Of a stretch of 64,000 bases of DNA, positions 10,477 through 19,355 are shown one piece after another. The notes beneath the pieces were generated by a model. It was not told where the DNA came from. It did no database searches and saw only the letters and a list, made by a program, of their open reading frames with translations. This DNA is from Minisyncoccota bacterium. Lineage in GTDB: Bacteria; Patescibacteriota; Minisyncoccia; Phycocordibacterales; UBA9973. The position numbers were made by a program, and so were the translations under genes. Location of the stretch: assembly GCA_041650615.1 (NCBI GenBank), contig JBAZKU010000001.1:91763-155762 (forward strand), read 5' to 3'. Positions within the stretch are counted from its first letter, which is position 1. Every line of letters starts with the position of its first letter.

Positions 10477-11982
10477 ATGCCGAAAGCAAATCGGGTGCAA
10501 ATAATCAAATACGGTCCGCCTCCGCCAGAATTGCCGGTGTTTGGAAAAGTTAAGCCGGAAGAGGCTTCTTTTATTGGACGTACCAATTATGTCGCTTCTC
10601 TTGAAGAAAAGAAATTTATTTTCGGTATTAAACGCATAGACCGCAGACGACATCTTTATATTGTTGGAAAATCCGGAGTTGGAAAAAGTAAATTACTTGA
10701 GCTTCTTATGCGTCAAGATATAACCTATGGTCATGGTTTGTGTTTTATTGACCCGCACGGAGATGTCATAGAAGCTATGCTTGATTACATACCTAAAGAA
10801 CGCATAGAAGATGTTTGCATGATAGACCCAGGAGATGTTGACTTTCCGGCTTCTTTCAATCCGCTAGCCAATGTTGACCCGATGTTTAAATTTCAATTGA
10901 CTCAAGGATTGATTGAAGTTTTACAGAAACAATTCGGAGCCAACTGGACGCCTCGTTTGGAACACGTTTTTCGTTTTACTTGCTTGGCTTTGCTTGATTA
11001 TCCGCATGCTACGATGCGCGGAATGATTTCAATGCTGACAGACAGAAATTACAGACAGAAAGTGGTTGAATATATTACCGACGATATGGTCAAAAGATTC
11101 TTCGCTATAGAATTCGCCGACTGGTCCGAGAAATTTGATACGGATGCTATTATTCCGCTGGTCAACAAACTTGGGCAATTTTTATCCGACCCATTACTGC
11201 GAAATATTTTCGGTCAGAAACAAAATAAAATAGATATAAGCGAATTGATGGACCAAGGCAAACTGATTTTCATAAATCTTTCAAAAGGACGTATTGGGGA
11301 AGAAAATTCAAGCTTCTTCGGTTCAATGTTTTTGACCAAAATAAAACAAGCAGGAATGGAGCGGGCGACTATTCCCGAAGAAGAACGCCGAGATTTTTAT
11401 TTATACATAGATGAGTTTCATAACATTGTTACCCAAACATTTGAAAATATTTTATCTGAAGCTAGAAAATATGCTCTCAATCTTACAATCGCTCACCAAT
11501 ATATCGGTCAACTTATTCCGCAAGTACAACACGCAGTGCTTGGAAATACCGGAAGCTTGATTTGTTTCAGAGTCGGGGGAGAGGACGCAGTTAAATTGAA
11601 ACCGGAATTTGAGCCATTATTCGGTGTTAAAGATATGATTAATTTGGCAGTAGCGGAATTTTATATCAAAATGACGATTGACGGGGAATCTTATGATCCA
11701 TTTTCGGCGGAAACTCTGCGGGTCTTGCCTCCAACCCATGTTTCTTATCGAAAAGAAATCATCGAGGCTTCACGTAGAAAGTATTCAATATCAAAAGATG
11801 ATGCGCAGAAACTAATAGAAGAGGAAGAAGCATCAATTATCCGAAGCGCGGAAGAGAAAGCAATTATAGAAGGTAAGGGAAAGAAAAAAGAAGGCGAAGA
11901 AGAGACAGGAGAAAATAAAGAGGAAAATAAAAAAGAAGAAGTAAAAGGTAAGGTTTCTCAAGAGGCCGAACCTATGATATAA
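10477..11982 (+). CDS. FtsK/HerA/TraD-like P-loop ATPase, paralog 2 (Glu/Lys-rich C-terminal tail)
   Basis: 501 aa with Walker A IVGKSGVGKS, DPHGD and Walker B FYLYIDEFHNI; collinear with the ORF at 4537. Confidence 0.75.
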   Translation: MPKANRVQIIKYGPPPPELPVFGKVKPEEASFIGRTNYVASLEEKKFIFGIKRIDRRRHLYIVGKSGVGKSKLLELLMRQDITYGHGLCFIDPHGDVIEAMLDYIPKERIEDVCMIDPGDVDFPASFNPLANVDPMFKFQLTQGLIEVLQKQFGANWTPRLEHVFRFTCLALLDYPHATMRGMISMLTDRNYRQKVVEYITDDMVKRFFAIEFADWSEKFDTDAIIPLVNKLGQFLSDPLLRNIFGQKQNKIDISELMDQGKLIFINLSKGRIGEENSSFFGSMFLTKIKQAGMERATIPEEERRDFYLYIDEFHNIVTQTFENILSEARKYALNLTIAHQYIGQLIPQVQHAVLGNTGSLICFRVGGEDAVKLKPEFEPLFGVKDMINLAVAEFYIKMTIDGESYDPFSAETLRVLPPTHVSYRKEIIEASRRKYSISKDDAQKLIEEEEASIIRSAEEKAIIEGKGKKKEGEEETGENKEENKKEEVKGKVSQEAEPMI

Positions 11983-11991
11983 ATAAAAATT

Positions 11992-13086
11992 ATGAGTAAA
12001 GATTATTACAATATTTTGGGCGTAAATAAAGGCGCTTCTAAAGATGAAATAAAGAAGGCTTTTTATAAATTGGCGCATAAATATCATCCTGATAAAAAAG
12101 AGGGGAATGAAGCAAAATTTAAAGAAGTAAACGAAGCTTACCAAGTGCTTTCGGATGACACTAAACGTTCAAAATACGACCAATTTGGGTCCGGTTTTGA
12201 AAATATGGGGCAAGGATATGGAGGAGCCAGACAGAGTGGTTTTGAAGGTTTCGATTTTTCTGGTTTTCAAAATGGCGGTGCGGATTTTGACTTTGGTAAT
12301 TTAAATGATATTTTTAGTGATTTCTTTACTGGTGGAATGGGTGGGGGAAGTAGAAGAGAAGCGAGACGCGGACGTGATATCTCTACTGAAATACAGATTT
12401 CTTTTTCTGAATCTGTTTTTGGAACCAGTAGAAAAATTTTAATTACTAAAACCTCAAATTGTGCCGTTTGCGAAGGTTCCGGCGCAAAACCCGGTACCAA
12501 AATGGAAACTTGTAAGTATTGCAATGGTCAGGGAAAAATTCGCGAAGCAAAAAGAACGATTCTTGGTACTATCTCGAGCACAAAAATTTGCGAGGAATGT
12601 CTGGGTTCCGGAGAAGTACCGAAAGAAAAATGCGAAAATTGTAAAGGCAAAGGAGTATTGCGCCGTGAAGAAGAAATTTCTGTAAATATACCAGCCGGAA
12701 TGCGAGATGGAGAAATGATTAGAATGTCGGGAATGGGCGAAGCGGTTTCAAAGGGAACTGCCGGAGACTTGTATATAAAAGTAAATGTAGCAGCGCACCC
12801 TGTATTTAAACGAGAGGGAAATGACTTAGTAATGAATCTGGAATTAAAATTATCCGATGCTATGCTCGGTACGGAATATCCAATCCAGACTTTGGATGGA
12901 GAAATAAGCGTCAAAATTCCGGAAGGCGTATCTATCAACGAAATTCTTCGAGTAAAGGGAAAGGGCGTACCTATTTCAAAAAGCAAGCGCGGGGATTTGT
13001 TAATTAAGCTCAAAATAAAACTTCCTAAAAAACTTTCCCATAAATCCCGCGAGATTATTGAACAGCTCAAAAAAGAGGGGATATAA
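11992..13086 (+). CDS. dnaJ: chaperone DnaJ
   Basis: J-domain YHPDK, a G/F-rich region and four CxxCxGxG zinc motifs; 364 aa. Confidence 0.95.
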   Translation: MSKDYYNILGVNKGASKDEIKKAFYKLAHKYHPDKKEGNEAKFKEVNEAYQVLSDDTKRSKYDQFGSGFENMGQGYGGARQSGFEGFDFSGFQNGGADFDFGNLNDIFSDFFTGGMGGGSRREARRGRDISTEIQISFSESVFGTSRKILITKTSNCAVCEGSGAKPGTKMETCKYCNGQGKIREAKRTILGTISSTKICEECLGSGEVPKEKCENCKGKGVLRREEEISVNIPAGMRDGEMIRMSGMGEAVSKGTAGDLYIKVNVAAHPVFKREGNDLVMNLELKLSDAMLGTEYPIQTLDGEISVKIPEGVSINEILRVKGKGVPISKSKRGDLLIKLKIKLPKKLSHKSREIIEQLKKEGI

Positions 13087-13165
13087 AATACCTGTCCCGT
13101 ACTAAATTTTTGTGTAAAACAAATGACCACTATTATTAACAGTTTAAAATTTTAGTACTGGGATG
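13084..13165 (+). repeat. stop-to-start intercistronic palindromic element, type II (CCCGTACTAAATTTTT ... AAAATTTTAGTACTGGGATG)
   Basis: Begins at the dnaJ TAA and ends with the ATG of the next gene at 13163. About 90% identical to the reverse complement of 55014..55093. Confidence 0.8.
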
Positions 13166-13753
13166 CTTCCTGAAAATATAATTTTTGTTGGGGTTTTGGT
13201 AAACTTGCTTGCCTCTCTTTGGTATATCAAAACTATTTTCCACGGGAATACTAAACCAAACTTGGTTTCTTGGGTTATTTGGATGCTAGCACCTTTTATT
13301 GGTTTTTTCTTGCAAATAAAGGCTGGAGCTGGAATATCTACCCTGCCAGTATTTATGGCAGGTTTTGGACCTTTTTTGGTGATTATTTTTTCTTTATTCA
13401 AAAAAAATGCCTTTTGGAAAATACAACCTTTTGATTTACTTTGCGGACTTTTTTCCATTCTGGCTCTCATTATTTACATAACTACAAGTAATCTAGGAAT
13501 TTCGGTTTTCTTTGCCGTTTTAAGCGATTTATTAGCCTATATCCCAACTTTTATAAAATCTTGGAAATTTCCGGAAACCGAATCATCGTCCACTTACTCA
13601 GCAAGTATATTTAGCAATGTTTTGTCTTTACTCGTCATAAAAAATTGGATTTTTGCAATATATTCATTTCCAATTTATCTTATATTGGCAAATTTACTTG
13701 AAGTTTATTTCATTTTTCACAAAAGAATTTTTAAGAAAGTAATTTCTTTTTGA
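13163..13753 (+). CDS. hypothetical polytopic membrane protein
   Basis: 196 aa, strongly hydrophobic. Confidence 0.6.
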   Translation: MLPENIIFVGVLVNLLASLWYIKTIFHGNTKPNLVSWVIWMLAPFIGFFLQIKAGAGISTLPVFMAGFGPFLVIIFSLFKKNAFWKIQPFDLLCGLFSILALIIYITTSNLGISVFFAVLSDLLAYIPTFIKSWKFPETESSSTYSASIFSNVLSLLVIKNWIFAIYSFPIYLILANLLEVYFIFHKRIFKKVISF

Positions 13754-14618
13754 ATTTCCGCGTTAGCATTTTATAGCAAATTAAAGCGGCGCCAAATTCC
13801 GTAAGCACTGAATCGCGTTGAGGCGAAACTTCTACAATATCCGCGCCTATTAATTCCTTTTCATCTATCGCTTTTTCAATCAAATCAAGTCCATAATACC
13901 ATTCCAAACCACCCTGTACTGGCGTACCGGTTCCCGGCATATATGCAGGGTCAAATCCATCCACATCAACCGTGATATAGATTTTTTTGGTTTTAATTGA
14001 TTTCAATATTTCTTTTATGGAAACCTCTTTTTTATCCCACTCAAAAACAGTGATTGTTTTTTTATTTTTTTGCCAATATTCATACTCATATTTTGAATAT
14101 GTTCTAATACCCACTTGCACGATAGGGAAGCCGAGTTCATGTATTCTGCGCATTGTGCACGAATGCGCAAATCTTTCATGTTCTTCACTGTAATCACTAT
14201 TATCATCACGAAGATCTTGATGGGCATCTATTTGGAGAACAGTTATCTCTTTCGGATTTTCTTTTTTTGAGATAGCTTCCATTGCTCCGACTGAGACAGT
14301 ATGTTCTCCGCCTAACATAATCATAAATTTTCCGCTATTAAATAATTCTCTATATTCGAAACTTATTTTTTGTACTGCTTTTTCCGGGACAAGTTTTTCC
14401 ATATCGGATATTTCTCTATGAGCAGTTTTTAATATTTTTGCCGGTTCGCAATGCAATTCAACATCAAAAAGTTCCAGGTTGCTATTTAAACAATCTAATA
14501 TTTCCTTGGGAGCTTTGGAAGTGCCTCCCATAAAAGAAACGCTATTTTCATAAGGGGCGCTTAATATAACTGCATCAGCTTCCTCTATATTTTTTGTATT
14601 TACAACCTTGTCTATCAT
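13731..14618 (-). CDS. arginase-family hydrolase (agmatinase / formimidoylglutamase-like)
   Basis: Mn-binding motifs IDAHQDL and VDVDGFDPAYMPGTGTPVQGGL. Confidence 0.8.
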   Translation of the reverse strand: MIDKVVNTKNIEEADAVILSAPYENSVSFMGGTSKAPKEILDCLNSNLELFDVELHCEPAKILKTAHREISDMEKLVPEKAVQKISFEYRELFNSGKFMIMLGGEHTVSVGAMEAISKKENPKEITVLQIDAHQDLRDDNSDYSEEHERFAHSCTMRRIHELGFPIVQVGIRTYSKYEYEYWQKNKKTITVFEWDKKEVSIKEILKSIKTKKIYITVDVDGFDPAYMPGTGTPVQGGLEWYYGLDLIEKAIDEKELIGADIVEVSPQRDSVLTEFGAALICYKMLTRKFKKKLLS

Positions 14619-14624
14619 AATAAT

Positions 14625-15980
14625 TTACATTTTATTTATTTTATATCCATCTCCTCCGTCCTTTATTTCGTATCCCAGAGAGTTTATTTTAACTCGCAAT
14701 TCGTCGGATTTTTTGAAGTCTTTATTTTTGCGGACCCGTTCTCGCTCCTCCGCCAATTTTAAAATTTCTTCCGGAATTTCTTCTTCTTTTATATTTTCAA
14801 AACCGAGCCCTAATACTTTATCAAAATCAAGAATAGTGGCTTTTTTATCGGCAGGGGAAATGATTTCGTCTTTTACTACGTCCCAAACTAAAGCTAAAGC
14901 TCTCGGAGTGTCTAGGTCGTCTTCTAGGTATTCTTTGAACTTTTGCTGGTATTCGCTACTTATTTTACCCACCTTGCTCCCAAGCTCAATATAGAGCTTA
15001 TAAAGCCGTTTTAGGGCTATATCTGCGCCTTCTAGCGCATCCCAGACGAAGTTTACCCTAGTCCTATAACTAGCCATTAAAAGCCAAAATCTATAGGAAA
15101 TTGGGCTAATTCCTTTATCCGAAACATCCTTTAAAGTGTAAAAATTATGCTCCGATTTTGCCATTTTCTTCTGATCAACCAAGACCCATTCATTGTGCAT
15201 CCAATATTTTACAAATTGTTTGCCGGTCGCGCCTTCGGATTGAGCGATTTCATTTTCATGGTGGGGAAATATATTATCCACCCCACCTGTGTGCAAGTCT
15301 ATTTGTTCTCCTAAATTTGACATGGACATCGCAGAGCATTCAATATGCCAGCCGGGTCGTCCTTTTCCCAATTCGTTTTCCCAAAAAACATCTCCATCTT
15401 TTTCATCCCAAGCTTTCCAAAGAGCAAAATCTTGAATATTATCTTTTTCATATTCGTCCGTTTTTATTCTTCCGGCCGCATTTTCTTTTTGTTCTTCCAA
15501 GACAAGATGAGAAAGTTTTCCATAATTTTTGAATTTTTTTATATCAAAATAAATGCTATTGTCATTGCTTTTATAAGCTAGGCCATTTTTCATTAATTTT
15601 TTTATAAGATCAACCATTTCATCAATATAATCCGTAGCCTTCGTAAACTTAGTCGGTTTTAAAATATTGAGCTTTTTTTCATCTTCCAAAAAAGCTTCAG
15701 TATAAAACTCCGTAAATTCCTTCAATGTTTTTTTTGCTTTTTGCGAATCTCTTATAGTCTTATCGTCAATATCAGTCAAATTCATTATGTGTTTTACTTT
15801 AAAACCCTCATACAGCAAAACGCGCTTTAATATATCGGCAAAAATATAAGCGCGGTAATTTCCGATATGAGGATAATTGTAAACGGTAGGCCCACAGGAA
15901 TAAAAACTGACATTAGGAGGGTCAATCGGAGTAAAAATCTCTTTTTCTCTTGTCAGTGTATTGTAAAATCTTAAAGGCAT
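14625..15980 (-). CDS. cysS: cysteinyl-tRNA synthetase
   Basis: CGPTVYNYPHIGN (HIGH motif) and KMAKS (KMSKS motif); 451 aa. Confidence 0.9.
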   Translation of the reverse strand: MPLRFYNTLTREKEIFTPIDPPNVSFYSCGPTVYNYPHIGNYRAYIFADILKRVLLYEGFKVKHIMNLTDIDDKTIRDSQKAKKTLKEFTEFYTEAFLEDEKKLNILKPTKFTKATDYIDEMVDLIKKLMKNGLAYKSNDNSIYFDIKKFKNYGKLSHLVLEEQKENAAGRIKTDEYEKDNIQDFALWKAWDEKDGDVFWENELGKGRPGWHIECSAMSMSNLGEQIDLHTGGVDNIFPHHENEIAQSEGATGKQFVKYWMHNEWVLVDQKKMAKSEHNFYTLKDVSDKGISPISYRFWLLMASYRTRVNFVWDALEGADIALKRLYKLYIELGSKVGKISSEYQQKFKEYLEDDLDTPRALALVWDVVKDEIISPADKKATILDFDKVLGLGFENIKEEEIPEEILKLAEERERVRKNKDFKKSDELRVKINSLGYEIKDGGDGYKINKM

Positions 15981-15994
15981 TTTATTTTTTCAGT

Positions 15995-17017
15995 TTATAA
16001 AGATATATTTTGCTTGAATTCATTTCTATATATTGAAATAAGAGTGTAGAGCAAACTTATGGTTAAAGGTCCTATTAAAATACCAATCGGACCCAAAAGA
16101 GAGATTCCACCTAAGACAGAAAATAGGATTAAAAGGGGAGGCAAGTTTATTTTATTGCCTACAATAATTGGATTCAATATATTGTCTATAGTTCCAACAA
16201 TTGCTACTGCCCAAATCAAAAGCCCTATGGATTCCATTGTATTTCCTGTCATAAAGAGAAATATTATAGCCGGTATGGAAACAAGCCCAGTTCCAATAGT
16301 GGGAATGAGAGCTGCTATCATGGCTACCAATCCCCAAAGCGCCGGATTTGGTATTCCAAAAAATGCAAATCCGAGACTTATTAATGTTCCTTGGATAAGA
16401 GCAACAAGAAGATATCCTTTAAGAATACCATTTACCGCGCGCGCAAGTTTTTTTATTATTTTTTCATCATCAACATCCGAAAGTGGGCTTAATACTTTTA
16501 TTGCTTTTTTCCAGTGTGTGCCATCCTTCAAAAAATAAAAAATAGATAAAAGAGTAAGAATTGAAGAAAGAATAGCAGACAATGTAGAAGTAAAGATATT
16601 TGCTATATTATTTGTTATAAAAGAAATAAAACTTGAAATTTTTTCATATAAGTCAAAAGAAACACCCTCAGGCAGTATTCTATTTATTGAATTATTTATT
16701 GAATCTATAAAAGACAAAGAGTGAACATTATTAATTATCATTTGATAAGCATCTTGACTTTGATTAAAAACCAGCAAACTTATGCCAAAAAGAGGAATAC
16801 CAATTATTATTATAAAAAAAAGTACAGTGAGGAATGAAGATAACCAATCCGGCAATTTTCTTTTATTGAACCATTCATAAACCGGATAAAGTACTATGGA
16901 AAAAGAAATACCGAGTACCAGTACTATCCAAAAAGGGCGAAAAATCAAAAAAGAAAAAATAAAAACAGCGAATAGTAAAATAAAGAAAAAATATCTTTCA
17001 ATAATTTTTGATTGCAT
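15995..17017 (-). CDS. AI-2E family (UPF0118/PerM-like) transporter
   Basis: 340-aa polytopic protein with the conserved segment GILKGYLLVALIQG...IPTIGTG. Confidence 0.75.
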   Translation of the reverse strand: MQSKIIERYFFFILLFAVFIFSFLIFRPFWIVLVLGISFSIVLYPVYEWFNKRKLPDWLSSFLTVLFFIIIIGIPLFGISLLVFNQSQDAYQMIINNVHSLSFIDSINNSINRILPEGVSFDLYEKISSFISFITNNIANIFTSTLSAILSSILTLLSIFYFLKDGTHWKKAIKVLSPLSDVDDEKIIKKLARAVNGILKGYLLVALIQGTLISLGFAFFGIPNPALWGLVAMIAALIPTIGTGLVSIPAIIFLFMTGNTMESIGLLIWAVAIVGTIDNILNPIIVGNKINLPPLLILFSVLGGISLLGPIGILIGPLTISLLYTLISIYRNEFKQNISL

Positions 17018-17094
17018 ATGTCAAATATTATAGACTATAAATCTATAAATTACAACCATATTTTGACACAGGGTTGCCTTTTTCAAAAATTTCA

Positions 17095-17100
17095 TATAAT
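17095..17100 (+). promoter_or_regulatory. -10 box TATAAT, 9 nt upstream of the rplU ATG
   Basis: Read directly. Confidence 0.4.
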
Positions 17101-17109
17101 ATAGATTCT

Positions 17110-17427
17110 ATGAAATTTGCGGTTATACAAACAGGCGGAAAACAATACAAAGTCTCTAAAGACGGCTTCCTTTCCATTGAAAAGATAATAGGGGAATATA
17201 AAGTCGGGGATAAAGTTTCCTTTGATAAGGTTCTCTTAGTTGACGACGGCAAGAATACCACCATTGGCACGCCTTATATTGAAGACGCTAAAGTAAATGC
17301 GGAAATTGTAGAAATCGGCCGTTCTAGAAAAGTTTTGGTTATGAAATACAAGCAGAAATCTCGCTACCTCCGTCGCAACGGCCACCGCCAGCCATTCTTT
17401 AAAGTAAAAATTCTTGATATAAAATAA
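17110..17427 (+). CDS. rplU: ribosomal protein bL21
   Basis: MKFAVIQTGGKQYKV...RRNGHRQPFFKVKI. The start is 36 nt inside the tracked ORF. Confidence 0.9.
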   Translation: MKFAVIQTGGKQYKVSKDGFLSIEKIIGEYKVGDKVSFDKVLLVDDGKNTTIGTPYIEDAKVNAEIVEIGRSRKVLVMKYKQKSRYLRRNGHRQPFFKVKILDIK

Positions 17428-17431
17428 AAAA

Positions 17432-17464
17432 AACATCCCGATTTAAATTAGGATGTTTTTTTTG
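17432..17464 (+). terminator. rho-independent terminator after rplU
   Basis: Stem AACATCC/GGATGTT followed by T9. Confidence 0.7.
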
Positions 17465-17493
17465 TGAAAAACCCAAGAATAATGTTTTTAAGG

Positions 17494-18205
17494 GTGTACA
17501 TAGGAGTGTACATAGGAGTTTCCTATGTATTTGTATCACTAAAGTTAAGCCATTCAAATAGTTCCTTTTTATGATCAATTAATTTTTTAAAATAAATAGG
17601 GAATTGTGATGGATTTAGGATTTGAAATTTTTGCTCAGTATATTCTTTTATGCTTGAATAAGGATATTTTAGAACGTAATTTAGTAAATTAGTTCTATTA
17701 TTATTTTTACTCTCTCGCCAATTTTTATTTATCAATTTTGCTGGATTTAAATGTATATATGAATAAATATATTTTAAATAATTATCTTTATCTATATGAA
17801 TTGATTTAAATACACCCTCATACAATTTACCAGTTCTTTTATATTTTTTATTAAAATACATTGAATATCCAGTTAACAATTTACGCATATATGTAGAAAT
17901 GCCGTTTTCTTTTTTTTCGCGGACAAGAATATGGAAATGATTTGGCATTAAACAATATGCTCCAACATCAACGATTGTTTCTTCTCTATTAAAAAATTTA
18001 TCAATTTCTCTTAGAATGATACTTTTTTCTGTATTACAAAGATACATCAGAAATAGAAAATGTTCATAGTCTTTTTTATCTAAAAATATTATTCTTTTTT
18101 CTGTGCCACGATTATATAAATGATAGTATTCATTTATCGAGAAGGATTGTTTTCTCAGAGCCATAATTTAAGTATAACACATACATAGGAAACTCCTATG
18201 TATTA
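17494..18205 (-). mobile_element. IS200/IS605-like (REP-associated tyrosine transposase) element with hairpin ends
   Basis: Left end: GTACATAGGAG x2 then ACATAGGAGTTTCCTATGT (17496..17529). Right end: ACATAGGAAACTCCTATGT (18183..18201), its exact reverse complement. Confidence 0.7.
17523..18164 (-). CDS. HUH tyrosine transposase (RAYT / TnpA-IS200-like)
   Basis: YHLYNRG, LMPNHFHILV (HuH) and a C-terminal YSYIHLNP motif; 213 aa. Confidence 0.75.
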   Translation of the reverse strand: MALRKQSFSINEYYHLYNRGTEKRIIFLDKKDYEHFLFLMYLCNTEKSIILREIDKFFNREETIVDVGAYCLMPNHFHILVREKKENGISTYMRKLLTGYSMYFNKKYKRTGKLYEGVFKSIHIDKDNYLKYIYSYIHLNPAKLINKNWRESKNNNRTNLLNYVLKYPYSSIKEYTEQKFQILNPSQFPIYFKKLIDHKKELFEWLNFSDTNT

Positions 18206-18331
18206 TGTATTATTTTTGTTGACAAGTTAAAATTTTTCTGCTATTCTATATATAGAGATATTCGTATAGAAAAAGTAATTATTGTTATTTGTTAAATCAA
18301 ACATTTTAACCAAATTTTTTTGGAGGTATTT

Positions 18332-18610
18332 ATGATTATCACCCATAATATACAGTACGACGGAAACGTACATATCATCAAGATTTTACAACCAAAAGGT
18401 ATTTTGGTAACTATGCGGATAATGTTACCTGGTCAATATGATTTTGGCGTAGTTGGGGCAGGGTCTAAACAAAAAATAACTGTAATCTATGGCCAAATGA
18501 GAATAAACGACAGTGTTTATTTTACCGGGCAAACATGCATTTTAGAATCGGGAAACCCGATTCTTGTTGTGACTATGGAACCATGTGGATACAAGTGTAT
18601 CTATGAATAA
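18332..18610 (+). CDS. ppnP: pyrimidine/purine nucleoside phosphorylase PpnP-like (DUF1255 cupin)
   Basis: 92 aa. MLPGQYDFG...EPCGYKCIY matches the YaiE/PpnP pattern. GGAGG lies 7 nt upstream of the ATG at 18332. Confidence 0.55.
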   Translation: MIITHNIQYDGNVHIIKILQPKGILVTMRIMLPGQYDFGVVGAGSKQKITVIYGQMRINDSVYFTGQTCILESGNPILVVTMEPCGYKCIYE

Positions 18611-18659
18611 ATATGATTGAATTTTTCTCCCAACGGATTGAGGTCCATTGGGAGATTTT

Positions 18660-19307
18660 TTATTGTCTATTTTTTAGGGCGTTTTTGAGAGTATCGTTAT
18701 CGGAATATTCAAGTTCAGTGCCGGTGGAGAGACCCCTGCCTAGTGAAGAAATCTTTATGCCTAAAGGTTCAGCAACAGGTTTTAACTGATTGCGAACATA
18801 TAAATCGGTATGATTACCTTGCGGACTTAAGGAAAAAGCTAGAACAATTTCCCCGCCTCGCGTCGACGAGTCTCCACGAGTCGAGGCGGGTTTTAAAAAA
18901 TCTCTTTTTATTTTTTCTATCAGCTCATTAATTCTTATTCTTTTATTTGTATTTTTTTCAACAATCGGCACCAGTCCTCCCAAAATAAAATATTTGCCGT
19001 TATAAACCCTGCTGGCATTTATACTTTCAAAATCGGAATCTTTTTCCACCACCATCAGAGTGGAAGAATCAATACTTTTATCGGCGCAAATTTCGCACAC
19101 TTTTTCTTTTTTGGATTCAGATATAAAAAATCTAAAACATTCAGAACATTGCATGGTATCTTTTCTTAATTCTTTAATTAAATCGGATAAATTAGAAGTG
19201 TAATCTAAATTTTTAGCCATCAAAAAATAAACAAAACGTTTTGCTTGTCTTTCTCCAATACCGGGAAATTCTTTAAAAATTTCAGTTAATTTTTCTATGG
19301 TGTTCAT
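18660..19307 (-). CDS. recR: recombination protein RecR
   Basis: HhH FPGIGERQAKR, a C4 zinc finger CSECFRF...CEICAD and a Toprim region. Carries the in-frame 39-bp palindrome (PASTRGDSSTRGG). Confidence 0.9.
   Translation of the reverse strand: MNTIEKLTEIFKEFPGIGERQAKRFVYFLMAKNLDYTSNLSDLIKELRKDTMQCSECFRFFISESKKEKVCEICADKSIDSSTLMVVEKDSDFESINASRVYNGKYFILGGLVPIVEKNTNKRIRINELIEKIKRDFLKPASTRGDSSTRGGEIVLAFSLSPQGNHTDLYVRNQLKPVAEPLGIKISSLGRGLSTGTELEYSDNDTLKNALKNRQ
18852..18890. repeat. 39-bp GC-rich palindromic element (CCCGCCTCG...CGAGGCGGG) inserted in frame in recR
   Basis: Differs by 1 nt from the reverse complement of 32375..32413; related to 33353..33391. Confidence 0.85.
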
Positions 19308-19355
19308 AATGTCTTGGGCGAAGTTCTTGCAAAGAATTTTTTGAAACTGCGCCCT

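Noticed and set aside
15158-16538. ORFs 15158..15532, 15345..15581, 16059..16538, 16152..16337
   Set aside because: Antisense to cysS and the AI-2E transporter gene, so they are artefacts.
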